DNA of 64,000 nucleotides from a virus (Duplodnaviria; Heunggongvirae; Uroviricota; Caudoviricetes): IMG/VR virus record IMGVR_UViG_3300037067_007156, positions 269,519 to 333,518 of that record; one strand, 5' to 3'. Shown piece by piece: positions 40,121 to 50,411 of this stretch (position 1 is its first letter; each line of letters starts with the position of its first letter). The notes under the pieces were generated by a model. It saw only the letters and a program-made list of their open reading frames with translations, ran no database searches and was not told where the DNA came from. The position numbers and the translations under genes were made by a program.

Positions 40121-40322
40121 AGAAATATATTTTTTAAGTTAAAATTCTTCTAATATTAAAAGATAATGTAGCAGATGAACCAGTGTTAGTTGTTGTCCAC
40201 ACCAAATAAATCAAATTATTTGATACAAGTTTAGTAAAAACAACGCCAGTTATATTAAAATATAAAATATTTAATATATTTTGTTAATTTTGTTTATATA
40301 AAAATAATAGATAAATAATATT

Positions 40323-40817
40323 ATGGTGTTCATTTTTAAAGTCAGATGTTTAGTTAATAAATATAAAGAAATAAAATATGGTTCTATATATACTGTTGCC
40401 GTTATTGATAATTTAAATAAAAAAATATCACTTATAGGTAAGTCTGGGAATTTTAAACAACAATACTTTTTACCATTAGAACAAAAAGAATATAAAAGAT
40501 ACCCTATTCGTTATCGTTTCAATTATTTTAATGAACATAATTTAGTTAAACATAAAACAGCGTTAGCTTTAGTTGATGCTGGTGGAATAAAAGCAGGTAC
40601 ATGTTATGAAGCTAAACCTGTTTATTACCACAATCATGTAGATGATAGAAAGATTGATATTTATATCGATGAAATTTATTATGAAATATCATCATCCTTT
40701 TTTAGAGTATTGGATGAATATGAATCCAAAACATACTCTCGAAAATCTAAAATTGAATATATATTTAAAGAAGAAAAAAAGAAAGATGATGATTTTTTCT
40801 TTAAGTTAACTAAATGA
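40323..40817 (+). CDS. Hypothetical protein with near-C-terminal RxxKIxxI motif
   Basis: YSRKSKIEYIF. Confidence 0.65.
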   Translation: MVFIFKVRCLVNKYKEIKYGSIYTVAVIDNLNKKISLIGKSGNFKQQYFLPLEQKEYKRYPIRYRFNYFNEHNLVKHKTALALVDAGGIKAGTCYEAKPVYYHNHVDDRKIDIYIDEIYYEISSSFFRVLDEYESKTYSRKSKIEYIFKEEKKKDDDFFFKLTK

Positions 40818-41574
40818 TTTTTCTGTTCAATTTATCTTGTAAACACTCATCACAAATAGATATTTCTAACATCATTCCATCAAATTTACTACCATAAGAC
40901 GCAACAATTTGTTCTGTGAAACCACCATTAACTAATGTAGTAATATTAGTTTCTGGATATAAAAATTCAAGCTCTTTTTCACAAACGATACAACGTTTCA
41001 TTGTTTTAATAATTCTTTTTTAAGATTAAAAATGAAAATTCGAAGTGTATCAACTTGTGCTTCATTATAAATGTTTAAATATTTTAATTTGATATATTCA
41101 TCATCATTAGTCAATTCTTCTGATTTCTCAGTACCTTCTTTTTTCTGTATCGCACTTTTAATTGTGATATTTTTTATTTCCACTTCGTCTTTTTGAAGAT
41201 ATGTTTCAAATAAAACATCTTTAAGTAACTGAATTCTATCTATTCCTTTGTTCTCTATATTTAGTAGATAAGTCTTTCCATCGGGAAGATTGTAAGATAC
41301 ATAAGTATTTTTATTAATAGTTATGGTATCTATATTTTGTTCTATTTTGATATACTTATCAGAGATAAATTTTTTGTATTGTAGAGGAAAATATGCAAAC
41401 ACAAACAATGTCGCTGCTACAAGAACAACCAGAATAATTTTGTTTAATAAATTAAGTTTCATGTTATTTTTATTTGATTACGCATCAAAAATAATAAAAA
41501 AAATTAATATATAATACAAGAAAATATTAAAATATTAAAAATATGCCGTAAATAGGACTGTTTAGTTTTCGGTG

Positions 41575-41608
41575 ACCACAACAAATTCGCTACTTGTTGT
41601 GGTTTTTT
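41575..41608 (+). terminator. Intrinsic terminator after a short TTAATATATA-driven transcript
   Basis: ACCACAACAA-ATTCGCTAC-TTGTTGTGGT followed by T-run. Confidence 0.7.
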
Positions 41609-41646
41609 GTTTATTTTATATGAAAAAATAAAATTTGGTGATATGT

Positions 41647-41697
41647 GTTCAGCCAAACGTAGTCTTCATTGTCACTGAAGTTTGTGTTTGGCTGAAC
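41647..41697. other. Long intergenic hairpin
   Basis: GTTCAGCCAAAC/GTTTGGCTGAAC perfect 12-bp arms enclosing CTTCA/TGAAG. Confidence 0.7.
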
Positions 41698-42738
41698 TTA
41701 ATTATTCAACTTTGTATTCGTAATGACTACCACACGTAAAGCATATGTCATGTTGAGTAGTATCTTTACCTATTATATTTTGAAAATTAATATGTCCTTT
41801 CTGACAAAACCATCTAATAGAATATGCTTTTTAATTCTTCTTCTATATGAGCTTGCTTGGCTTTTTTGTAAATGTCTTTCATTTTTATAAAAAGTTAAAA
41901 AGTATATTCATTAATATATCCAGAAAATTAGATGTTTTAATATAAATAGTTTTCGTTTTTTCGTTTAAAATTAATAGTGAAATTTGGTATATCATTTTTT
42001 ATTAAATAATCGACTTTACCAATATCAATGTATGTTGTATCACCATCCCAACCAATGTGTTTAATCTTTGCAACATAAGCCCCGTTACTATTATATGCAA
42101 AATTAACATACACATCTTTATCTTGCATATTTGTTTTGATTAAAAAATCAATTATTTCCTGACCTTTCATTATTTTTAATTAAAAATTTTCCATAACATT
42201 ACATACATTTCTGCTGTAAAATGTACTCTTTCTGGATATGTGCCAGTAATATACGAGATAGTGGTGGGTTTGATGATTAATGTGTCGTAACCGTCTGAAT
42301 ATTTTATTTCTGTGACATAAACATCATTCTTGAATTTTTTATGTTTGCTTGAAGATTTTAAAAATTTCTCAAAACCCAAATAATTTAATATTTGTACTAA
42401 TTTATCAACATCCAATTCAATAAAATTAACATCTAATGCTTCCATATAATTTAATTATTTTTTGTTAAATCATCATATTGTTTTTTCTGAGCAGCGTCTA
42501 ATTCTTCTGGTTTAGCTGGAAAAAAATGTAAATATATAAAACTTATACCAACAAATATGAAAAAGGGAATATAATGCCATAATATTGGTGTTGACGCAAA
42601 TATTATTTCAAGAAAAATAGTTAACATTAATGAAGGAAAAATGATAGCTGATGCTCTTGGAATTGTACCATTACCGATTATATAATAACCAGCAAAATAT
42701 TTGATAATTAATTTTCTTAATTTTTTCATAGTTTATTA

Positions 42739-43083
42739 TTATTTTTTAAATTCAGGAAATAATTCTTCCAATTTATTTTTTCTCTCGTCTCTTAATAACT
42801 CATTTTTTATTTGCATCCAATAATTTGAATCTGTTTCCAAATCAATGTAAAATGTTTTGTATCCTTTTTGGACAGCACTGAATAACATATTATATACAAA
42901 ATTACTTTCATTGTTTTTAAAATCGGGGAATAAATTTTCTAATTTAAGTCTTATATGTTCCTTTTTTAATTCATGTTTAACCTTTTCCCATAATTTATCA
43001 AAATTATATTCACCATTAATCAATGATGTTAAATATTCATCTTTTATGATGTTCTTTATGATATAATCAACATTCTCATTCAT
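42739..43083 (-). CDS. Hypothetical protein with two KLExLFPxFK motifs
   Basis: IRLKLENLFPDFK (internal) and ERKNKLEELFPEFKK (C-terminal). Confidence 0.75.
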   Translation of the reverse strand: MNENVDYIIKNIIKDEYLTSLINGEYNFDKLWEKVKHELKKEHIRLKLENLFPDFKNNESNFVYNMLFSAVQKGYKTFYIDLETDSNYWMQIKNELLRDERKNKLEELFPEFKK

Positions 43084-43360
43084 TATCTTTAAATTCGGGA
43101 AATATTTCTTCTAATTTATTTTTTCGTTGTTCACGCATACGTTTACGTTTTTGTGCTTCATAATCAAATGGTGATTCCATAGGTTGAACTGGAACTAAAT
43201 CAAAACCAATAGTTTTAGCAGCAACTCTTATAGCTATTGGTAAAAATAGACCACCAAAATCTTTTGATTCTGTGTCACCTGAAAATGGTGGAAAGATATT
43301 ACCATCAATATTATTATCTGATATAATACCATTTGTGTTATATGTTGGTTGCCATATCAT
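43076..43360 (-). CDS. Mini-protein with major-capsid (gp23 Gol-region)-like segment plus C-terminal motif
   Basis: LPIAIRVAAKTIGFDLVPVQPMESP; QRKNKLEEIFPEFK. Confidence 0.7.
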   Translation of the reverse strand: MIWQPTYNTNGIISDNNIDGNIFPPFSGDTESKDFGGLFLPIAIRVAAKTIGFDLVPVQPMESPFDYEAQKRKRMREQRKNKLEEIFPEFKDNE

Positions 43361-43505
43361 TTTTAAATTCGGGAAATAGTTCGTCTAATTTTTTTCTACG
43401 TTTCTCTGATATAGATTCATATTTAAAATCTATATAAAATAATTTTCCACTTGGTTTTCCTAATGGGTGAACTGTTACATCTTTAAGAGATAATAATACT
43501 GACAT
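43338..43505 (-). CDS. 55-aa protein with major-capsid-like segment plus C-terminal motif (not in ORF track)
   Basis: MSVLLSLKDVTVHPLGKPSGKLFYIDFKYESISEKRRKKLDELFPEFKNDMATNI*. Confidence 0.65.
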   Translation of the reverse strand: MSVLLSLKDVTVHPLGKPSGKLFYIDFKYESISEKRRKKLDELFPEFKNDMATNI

Positions 43506-43683
43506 ATTTCTTATTCGAAATTTTTGAAAATACTTTTTAATTTTAAAAAACGTTCAAGAAGTATAATTATCTTGAATGTTTTTTCATCAGAACGATAAAA
43601 GTCTTTTAAATTATTTAAAATTTTACTGGTTCTGTTATTATATGTTTTTAAATCTTCTTCCAAAATATACAAACCTTTTAGGT

Positions 43684-43851
43684 TTATATATTTTTAAATA
43701 TATTCTCTATTTTAATTTTTCTATCTTTTCTCAATTGTTCAATTCGTTCTTTCTCTCTACTTAAATTTATTAAATTAATCCACTCTGACATCCAATTAGG
43801 AATACTATTATCAACTGGATTGAATTCTATTATTATTTTTTTCTCGGACAT
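43684..43851 (-). CDS. 55-aa protein with C-terminal RxxKIxxI motif (not in ORF track)
   Basis: MSEKKIIIEFNP...LRKDRKIKIENIFKNI*. Confidence 0.6.
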   Translation of the reverse strand: MSEKKIIIEFNPVDNSIPNWMSEWINLINLSREKERIEQLRKDRKIKIENIFKNI

Positions 43852-43866
43852 ACACAAAAATATTAA

Positions 43867-44973
43867 TTATTTACCTTTTTTCCGTTTCTTTTTGAAATAT
43901 TTATTTTTAATATAATTAAACAATGGTATTAATAACGTCATGAATATCCAGTACCATCTTTTAACTGCATTGTCGATAAAAATATTAAATGGTTTACGAA
44001 AATCATTTTTAACACTAATTTTATTAGCATAAATTATTGTATCATTATAATCACCAAGTATTTTAAATGTGTAATTTAATATATTATTCTTATTTGGTTT
44101 GACAATCCATTTGTAACTAAATTTAGATTTGTTATCATTTATCACACACTCATCATTGGTTATGATGACAACATCACCATCAAAATCTAATATCACTTTA
44201 CCATACCCACCCCATTCAATACTTGGATTTTCGTTATTTACAGTTAATTCCAGTCGTATTATATTTTCTTCATATCTTTTTAACTTATCAGGAATAATAA
44301 CAGTCATTAGGTATTTATTTTTAGGTTTGTTAATAACTTTAATGGTTTTATCAAAAATTATTAAATCTTTACTGACACCAGAATTTTTTATTTTAGCTTT
44401 TAATATTAAATTATAATTCCCGATTTTGTTCGGTGTGATACTCCATAACCATAGGGTAGCTTCTTTATTATCTACCATCTGTTCGTTACTTGTTATATTA
44501 TTTATTGTGAATGCACCATTTTCCAAGGAAATTAATTCCATGCTCATTATTTCACCCACTTTTATAATTTCCTTTTTTATTACACCAATTGTTGTATGAG
44601 TTGTTAAAGAAATTAAATAATTTGTAACATTATCACTTACTTGCTTAATAATTCTGGCCTCAACTTTTGAAACTGTACCTATTATTAAAGAAGAATCAAT
44701 TTTATATACTAATGTACCTGTTTTATTTTTATTTGTTTCAGTAATGAAAGTGTCAGTTTCTTTCATTAATACGTTATCTTGTGATGTAGCACCCGCTTTC
44801 ACATCATATTTTTCATATGATTCAACAATTTTTCTATCAAAATTGTCTGTGACACAAACAGAATCTGAATTATTATAAGTATATGATGAACCAATATTAA
44901 ATGTTGTTAATTCTTTACTGCCACCACAGCTAACTACAATTAATATAATAAATAAAATTGATATTTTATACAT
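43867..44973 (-). CDS. Lipoprotein with Ig-like region and C-terminal membrane anchor
   Basis: VVSC lipobox; WLWSITP..GNYNLIL; WYWIFMTLLIPLF followed by basic tail. Confidence 0.6.
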   Translation of the reverse strand: MYKISILFIILIVVSCGGSKELTTFNIGSSYTYNNSDSVCVTDNFDRKIVESYEKYDVKAGATSQDNVLMKETDTFITETNKNKTGTLVYKIDSSLIIGTVSKVEARIIKQVSDNVTNYLISLTTHTTIGVIKKEIIKVGEIMSMELISLENGAFTINNITSNEQMVDNKEATLWLWSITPNKIGNYNLILKAKIKNSGVSKDLIIFDKTIKVINKPKNKYLMTVIIPDKLKRYEENIIRLELTVNNENPSIEWGGYGKVILDFDGDVVIITNDECVINDNKSKFSYKWIVKPNKNNILNYTFKILGDYNDTIIYANKISVKNDFRKPFNIFIDNAVKRWYWIFMTLLIPLFNYIKNKYFKKKRKKGK

Positions 44974-44981
44974 AAGTTTAA

Positions 44982-45515
44982 TTACTTAAATTTTAGCAAT
45001 GTCACTTGCTTTTTTTCTTTTGTGCCAGTGGGTAAACTATATACTATTTCAGAAGGTTTTGCTACTATCAAACTATCATATTTTTTAATATATTTTACAC
45101 CTCTACCTTTTTTCATATATGATATAGTCATATGTGGATGATATTCGGGAAAAGTAGAAGTATTCGGGAGTAGTTTTAATGAATCGTTTAACATGTGTAA
45201 TATTTCATGATTAACATCAAATTTAAGTACATCATATTTTTCATTCTGAAACAAAGATGTTTCTTGAATTTTAATATAAAAACTATCTAAATTACCAATT
45301 ATATTTTTTATATCTTTTATTTCTACTTCTTTAGTATATCCATATAATAATGTAACGTGTGATTCTTTTTCAAGTCCATATCCAACTTCATTATAAATAT
45401 CATCTTTTTCTATTTCTTTTAGAATCTTATTCCAATTTGGAATATCAAAATTAATCATAACACAACCATAATCATATATAAACTGTTCATTTAAAACATC
45501 GGTAAATTTTTTCAT
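44982..45515 (-). CDS. 2H phosphoesterase, Acb1 (anti-CBASS)-like
   Basis: Two HxT motifs: ESHVTLLYG and YHPHMTISY; GCVM N-terminal strand. Confidence 0.75.
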   Translation of the reverse strand: MKKFTDVLNEQFIYDYGCVMINFDIPNWNKILKEIEKDDIYNEVGYGLEKESHVTLLYGYTKEVEIKDIKNIIGNLDSFYIKIQETSLFQNEKYDVLKFDVNHEILHMLNDSLKLLPNTSTFPEYHPHMTISYMKKGRGVKYIKKYDSLIVAKPSEIVYSLPTGTKEKKQVTLLKFK

Positions 45516-45544
45516 TATTATATTTTTATTTTATATATTAATTT

Positions 45545-45943
45545 TTAATATTTCCATATTGAAAGAGAACCTTTTACATTCAGTATTGGTTCTTTATATA
45601 TTTCTTGATTTGTTAATATCCAGTGCCATTGACCAGACTCGGCCCATATTGAATTACTATTTTGAATACAATCTATAAGTTCGACTTCACCTATAATCGC
45701 TGAATTTATTAGATTATTAAAATTAATATTTTTTATTTGTATTATTTCTATTTGTTCTGGTGTAAATATTTCAAATGAATTAAATTTTATAGGTATTTGT
45801 GAAGTATGAATTAATAATTTTCCTCTATAATTAGTTTTCCAACTTCTATTTTCTACATCCTTTAAACCACTTACAATTAAATATGCCCAAGGATTTTTTA
45901 CTGTTAATACATTTTGTGAATCAAAACTCTTGATATATTTCAT
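45545..45943 (-). CDS. ASCH domain protein
   Basis: LTVKNPWAYLIVSGLKDVENRSW...YRGKLLIH...KGSLSIW. Confidence 0.9.
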   Translation of the reverse strand: MKYIKSFDSQNVLTVKNPWAYLIVSGLKDVENRSWKTNYRGKLLIHTSQIPIKFNSFEIFTPEQIEIIQIKNINFNNLINSAIIGEVELIDCIQNSNSIWAESGQWHWILTNQEIYKEPILNVKGSLSIWKY

Positions 45944-46019
45944 AAAATATTGTTTTATAATTATATATTTAATGTAGTTGAAAGTTTTTTATTTGAAAAT
46001 AAAATTATAATTTTGTTCT

Positions 46020-46472
46020 ATGATAATAGAAGAAAAAATATCTAATAATCATAAAATAAGGCATATAATATATGATGATGAACCTAACAATCCAAAGGTT
46101 TATTCATCATTATTGTTATTAAATGACTATTACAAAAACCACGATATAGATTTCTATGAGTCTGATTGGAGATATTATTTCATAACCAGACGAACTTATT
46201 TGAGAAGAAAAAGAAAAGAACATGGTGGTTACTGGGTTTGTCATTATTGTGGTAGAAAAATATATAAGATACAAGAGCGAAATAAAAGGTGGCAGAAAAA
46301 TAGGAATGACCTTATAACAGTTGACCATATAATACCCAAAGAAGACTGTGATGATATTACTGATAGTAATAATTTCATCGAATGTTGTTATAAATGTAAT
46401 GTTAAAAAAGGTAATAAATCATATTATGAATTCATTAATAATTTAAAAACAAACCATGAAAAAGTTAAGTAA
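46020..46472 (+). CDS. HNH endonuclease
   Basis: CHYCG...TVDHIIP...NFIECCYKCNVKKG. Confidence 0.88.
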   Translation: MIIEEKISNNHKIRHIIYDDEPNNPKVYSSLLLLNDYYKNHDIDFYESDWRYYFITRRTYLRRKRKEHGGYWVCHYCGRKIYKIQERNKRWQKNRNDLITVDHIIPKEDCDDITDSNNFIECCYKCNVKKGNKSYYEFINNLKTNHEKVK

Positions 46473-47028
46473 TTACGGTATATTAGCTGGTGTAATATCT
46501 GGTGTTATGATGTTTGTTATAATGATATCATTATCATCTGAAATTTCCACCAAAAGATGTAAAAAATATATCATAAAACACGCATCTTATATAGTTAAAG
46601 ATAAACATGGTTATAGTATAGATACATGTATTGGGTTACCTTATTATACTGATATTTCTATATGCATGTACTCAGATAGTTCCTATAATGTTGTATTTTG
46701 GGGTAATAGAGAATCATTTCTTTGGGATTTTCGATTAGATAAGTCGTTTACCGTAGATATTCCTTATGAAAAATATAAAAAACATAATGTTGAATTGGAC
46801 AAGCAAATATTATTTATACTTAAATCTAAATAAGATGTCACTTTTATTATGGTTAATGAGATTTGTAATGGGTTGGTTATTATGGTTAATAATACTAATT
46901 ATTAGCTTATTTTATTCCATTATATTTTGGAATTGGAAAGAAAACTTACCATTAGATATGGAAATTGTTATCAAAGAGATTGCTGGTAAAACAATCTGGA
47001 ACGCTATGACTTTTACAGTTGAATAATA

Positions 47029-47505
47029 TTATCCGATTTCACTGTCAGGTTTAGTTGTAGTTGATGAAACTTCAGTATCTGATGTAGAGTCCGTAGTTGT
47101 TGGTGTGTTATTTGTTGAATTATCACCATTCGGCATGTATGCTTTTCCTAATATGTAAGCTGATACGAAAGGAGTTAAAGCACCAAAATATGCCGAAAGA
47201 TTTATAAAATCAGCGTTTGTTAATAAACCAGTAACACCTAATACTGTCCATAAAAAAACAGTTACATAAATCATTTTTTCTCTTGAAGATGTTCTTCCTT
47301 TGAAGAATATTGAAGTTGATGTAGATTTTCTAACACTTTCACCCCAGATATAAGCTGAGACAAATCCGGTTAGAGATAAAAAATATACAGCCATTTGAGC
47401 ATAGGTAACAGGATAAAATGCAGTTGCTACACCAAACACTATCCATAAAAAAACTGTTATATAAATCAGTATTTCTCTTTTTTCAGTCGATAAATCTAAT
47501 GCCAT
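47029..47505 (-). CDS. Four-TM membrane protein made of a duplicated 2-TM unit (holin-like)
   Basis: KREILIYITVFLW...FVSAYIWG repeated as SREKMIYVTVFLW...FVSAYILG; likely start MALDLS. Confidence 0.6.
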   Translation of the reverse strand: MALDLSTEKREILIYITVFLWIVFGVATAFYPVTYAQMAVYFLSLTGFVSAYIWGESVRKSTSTSIFFKGRTSSREKMIYVTVFLWTVLGVTGLLTNADFINLSAYFGALTPFVSAYILGKAYMPNGDNSTNNTPTTTDSTSDTEVSSTTTKPDSEIG

Positions 47506-47658
47506 CTTCGTTAAATATTTTTTTAATTTTTGTTTTCCTAACCAATTGGTCATTTTCAAAAATTGATTCGATTTTTCTTATTAATATTTTTCTATGTTCT
47601 TCAGTAATATTTATAAGTGCATCGGTCATATATCTATATATTAATTTTTAAAATATTT

Positions 47659-49200
47659 TTATTTTTTCATCGATGCTTTTATTACTCCAGAATTATATAT
47701 TTTATATTTTTTCTTATTTTTTAAGAATAAATATTTTTCATCATTTTTATTAAAAATTAAATTTGATTTCATTATATTATTAGATATATAATATTTGGGT
47801 TTCAATTTAATGAATTTTATAAAATTCATTTGTTTAAAATCATCAACATTTTGATAATCTAAATTAATATGAGTTATAACATTACATGGTGAATTATTTT
47901 CAATAAAATATTTAATCATAACATTTTGAATTTCAAAAGTGTGATTAGTATAATTTTTATTAAATATGAACAATTCGTAAGTATTTAATTTCAATTTTTT
48001 AAAAACTAAGACAAGTGTTAGTTTATCATTATTTGTTAAACCGAGATTAATATCTGATTTTATATTTTCTTTAAAGTTATTTTCTTTTAAAAAGTTATTC
48101 GTAGTTTTTTCATCAATTTCTGTTATATCACCATTAACGATGATATTTTTTTCTAAATTTAATAAATTTAATATAAAAGATTTGATTACACCATTTTTAT
48201 ATTTCCAATCATCTTCGTAAATAAAATATATGTCTATTCCATGTTTTTTAAAAAACTCTTTTTTATTTTTATGATAATCATTGGATTTATTTATATTATT
48301 ATGCCACCATAATCCATTAATTTCTATTCCAATTTTTAAGGATGGTATATATACATCTATTTCTTTATTTTCAATTCTATAATTATTTATAATATTTATA
48401 TGCTCTTTAATGAAATCACAAATATTAACTTCTAATCCCGATTTAAGATTATAATACAAACTATTACATTTTGTACATAGTATTGTTTTACATTCTATTC
48501 TTCGATTTAATGTGTCTGGGTGTATGTCAAAACTGTGGTTTTTATCATTATCACATTTAATATTATATATGATTTTATTATTCTTTTTATAAATTTCGTT
48601 AATATCTATATTATATTTTTCCTTATAATGTGATATTGTTAAATCTTGTTGAGGTTTACTACCTCTATAATAAACAACATTGTTATAAAAATATTCAGAC
48701 TCAACAAAATTTTCATTACCATATTTTTCTAAATTTGTCTTTTTCTTTTTTTCTTGGAACTCTAAAACCTGTGAAGGGTTAGATACACCATATTTTTTTA
48801 TAAAATTTGTCTTTAATTCTATTCTTTCATTTTCACATTTAAAAATACAATCCACTCCATATTTTTCAGTTAATGATTTTTTTATCTGGTCATAGTTATT
48901 ATAATTTTCATCACCATATTTTTCTAATTTTGTTTTTTTATTTTTATCCTGCGCACATTTAGTTGAACATGTATAGTAATTATATTTTTTAATAGAATCA
49001 TTATAATATCTATATTGAATTTTTTTAATATTTCCACAAACATCACATTTTACATTAACTTCAATGTGTGATTTTCCACTTAAAAAAAGTATTGGTACGT
49101 CAACATTGTCATTGATTTTAACGTCATATCCATTTTTTCTCAAAAATAATATATTTTTTGAGTGGACTCTAACAGTAACACTTTTATCAATTAACATCAA
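47659..49200 (-). CDS. Hef-like PD-(D/E)xK homing endonuclease with KYG repeats
   Basis: VKCDVCG, repeated EKYG, EIDVYIPSLKIGIEINGLWWH, YEDDW. Confidence 0.8.
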   Translation of the reverse strand: MMLIDKSVTVRVHSKNILFLRKNGYDVKINDNVDVPILFLSGKSHIEVNVKCDVCGNIKKIQYRYYNDSIKKYNYYTCSTKCAQDKNKKTKLEKYGDENYNNYDQIKKSLTEKYGVDCIFKCENERIELKTNFIKKYGVSNPSQVLEFQEKKKKTNLEKYGNENFVESEYFYNNVVYYRGSKPQQDLTISHYKEKYNIDINEIYKKNNKIIYNIKCDNDKNHSFDIHPDTLNRRIECKTILCTKCNSLYYNLKSGLEVNICDFIKEHINIINNYRIENKEIDVYIPSLKIGIEINGLWWHNNINKSNDYHKNKKEFFKKHGIDIYFIYEDDWKYKNGVIKSFILNLLNLEKNIIVNGDITEIDEKTTNNFLKENNFKENIKSDINLGLTNNDKLTLVLVFKKLKLNTYELFIFNKNYTNHTFEIQNVMIKYFIENNSPCNVITHINLDYQNVDDFKQMNFIKFIKLKPKYYISNNIMKSNLIFNKNDEKYLFLKNKKKYKIYNSGVIKASMKK

Positions 49201-49763
49201 TTAATATTTTTTGTTTCAGCACTATAAATATATTTATGGTTTAATAATGCCTTTATTCCCATTGATTTACAAGCTATAAAAATATCTTTAAGGCATTCAA
49301 AATCCGCCCCTCCGGCCATTATAACATTTTTACCTTTTAATGAATTAAATAATTTTAATAATTCATCATTAATAAAAAACCAATCATGGTTATTTTTAAC
49401 CCTGACAAATATATCATCAGAATCAATTTGTATTTGTTCACCTTCGATACTTCCATTTTTTAATTTTTCCAATTTTCCTTGTATATCTTTTTCTAAGAAT
49501 TTTTTCCCGAATTTTTTATTGATAGATAATTTTTGATTTGGAAACTTAAAAGTGGGAGCAGTAGTATTATGTGAATCCCATATTTGATACACATCTTTAA
49601 ATTCTTTACAATATTCAAATAATTCTTTTACCATATTGTCTGGTATATAATCACCGAATTCTTTTTGAACATCGACTATAAGTAATATACCATCATGTTT
49701 TTTTAACCCCAAATCTTCATTAATAAAACTTTTAAATGTCTGAACTTTGTGTAATCTTCCCAT
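49197..49763 (-). CDS. Isochorismatase/cysteine-hydrolase-like protein with capsid-targeting-like N-terminus
   Basis: LLIVDVQKEF, K, GGADFECL (D-K-C triad pattern); TFKSFINE. Confidence 0.7.
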   Translation of the reverse strand: MGRLHKVQTFKSFINEDLGLKKHDGILLIVDVQKEFGDYIPDNMVKELFEYCKEFKDVYQIWDSHNTTAPTFKFPNQKLSINKKFGKKFLEKDIQGKLEKLKNGSIEGEQIQIDSDDIFVRVKNNHDWFFINDELLKLFNSLKGKNVIMAGGADFECLKDIFIACKSMGIKALLNHKYIYSAETKNIN

Positions 49764-50400
49764 TTTCAACAATATGGATTTTTTTGTAGTCTAACTCACC
49801 TCGAACTATACATTCGTGTTCAGAGCCAGCTTCATTGTATATATAAATATCATTTAATAAAATTTCTGTTTCTATTATGAAACCATTTTGTTTAGATTCA
49901 TCTTTAAATTCGCCCCAAGCAAAACCAATTTGTGTAAATTTAAAAGCTAAATCAATATCTAATGTAAATGATTTAAATTTATTTGGTAGTAAATATTCAA
50001 GATTCTCGTAACGTAATTTAGATACACCTCGGAATATTTTCACTGGTTTATTTTTTATAAAGTCTATCGGATTGTCTATATTAATATTATATTTTCTTTT
50101 TAAGAATTGTGTAATATTATACCAGTTTATTGCATACATATAAATGTTTTCACTGAACGTGATTCGTTGTGGGATTTTGTTATGGTTATGCGTTTCAACA
50201 AATAACTTGTTATAAGCATTTTCGATTTCATTCTTATTTAATAAAGTGTTCGACCATTTCTTAAGAAAAATCCAGAAAGGTTGAAAGTTAGAATCTATTG
50301 ATAATTTTTTTAAAATAGTATTATAATCTTCCCAAAATTCAGGATTGTTCAGTTTAAAATCTAAAGATTCATTTAAGAAATTATAATATTTTAAAATCAT
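49732..50400 (-). CDS. R-S-E-type ADP-ribosyltransferase-like protein
   Basis: IFRGV, KSFT, EHECIV; starts MILKYYNFLNES. Confidence 0.6.
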   Translation of the reverse strand: MILKYYNFLNESLDFKLNNPEFWEDYNTILKKLSIDSNFQPFWIFLKKWSNTLLNKNEIENAYNKLFVETHNHNKIPQRITFSENIYMYAINWYNITQFLKRKYNINIDNPIDFIKNKPVKIFRGVSKLRYENLEYLLPNKFKSFTLDIDLAFKFTQIGFAWGEFKDESKQNGFIIETEILLNDIYIYNEAGSEHECIVRGELDYKKIHIVENGKITQSSDI

Positions 50401-50411
50401 TTTAAATGTAA

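Noticed and set aside
40134-40256. Minus-strand fragment resembling a tail-fibre C-terminus (ITGVVFTK...TTTNTGSSATLSFNIRRILT)
   Set aside because: No start codon; too short to call beyond possible debris
41703-41882. Possible frameshifted small Cys-containing ORF on the - strand
   Set aside because: No continuous frame and no recognisable family
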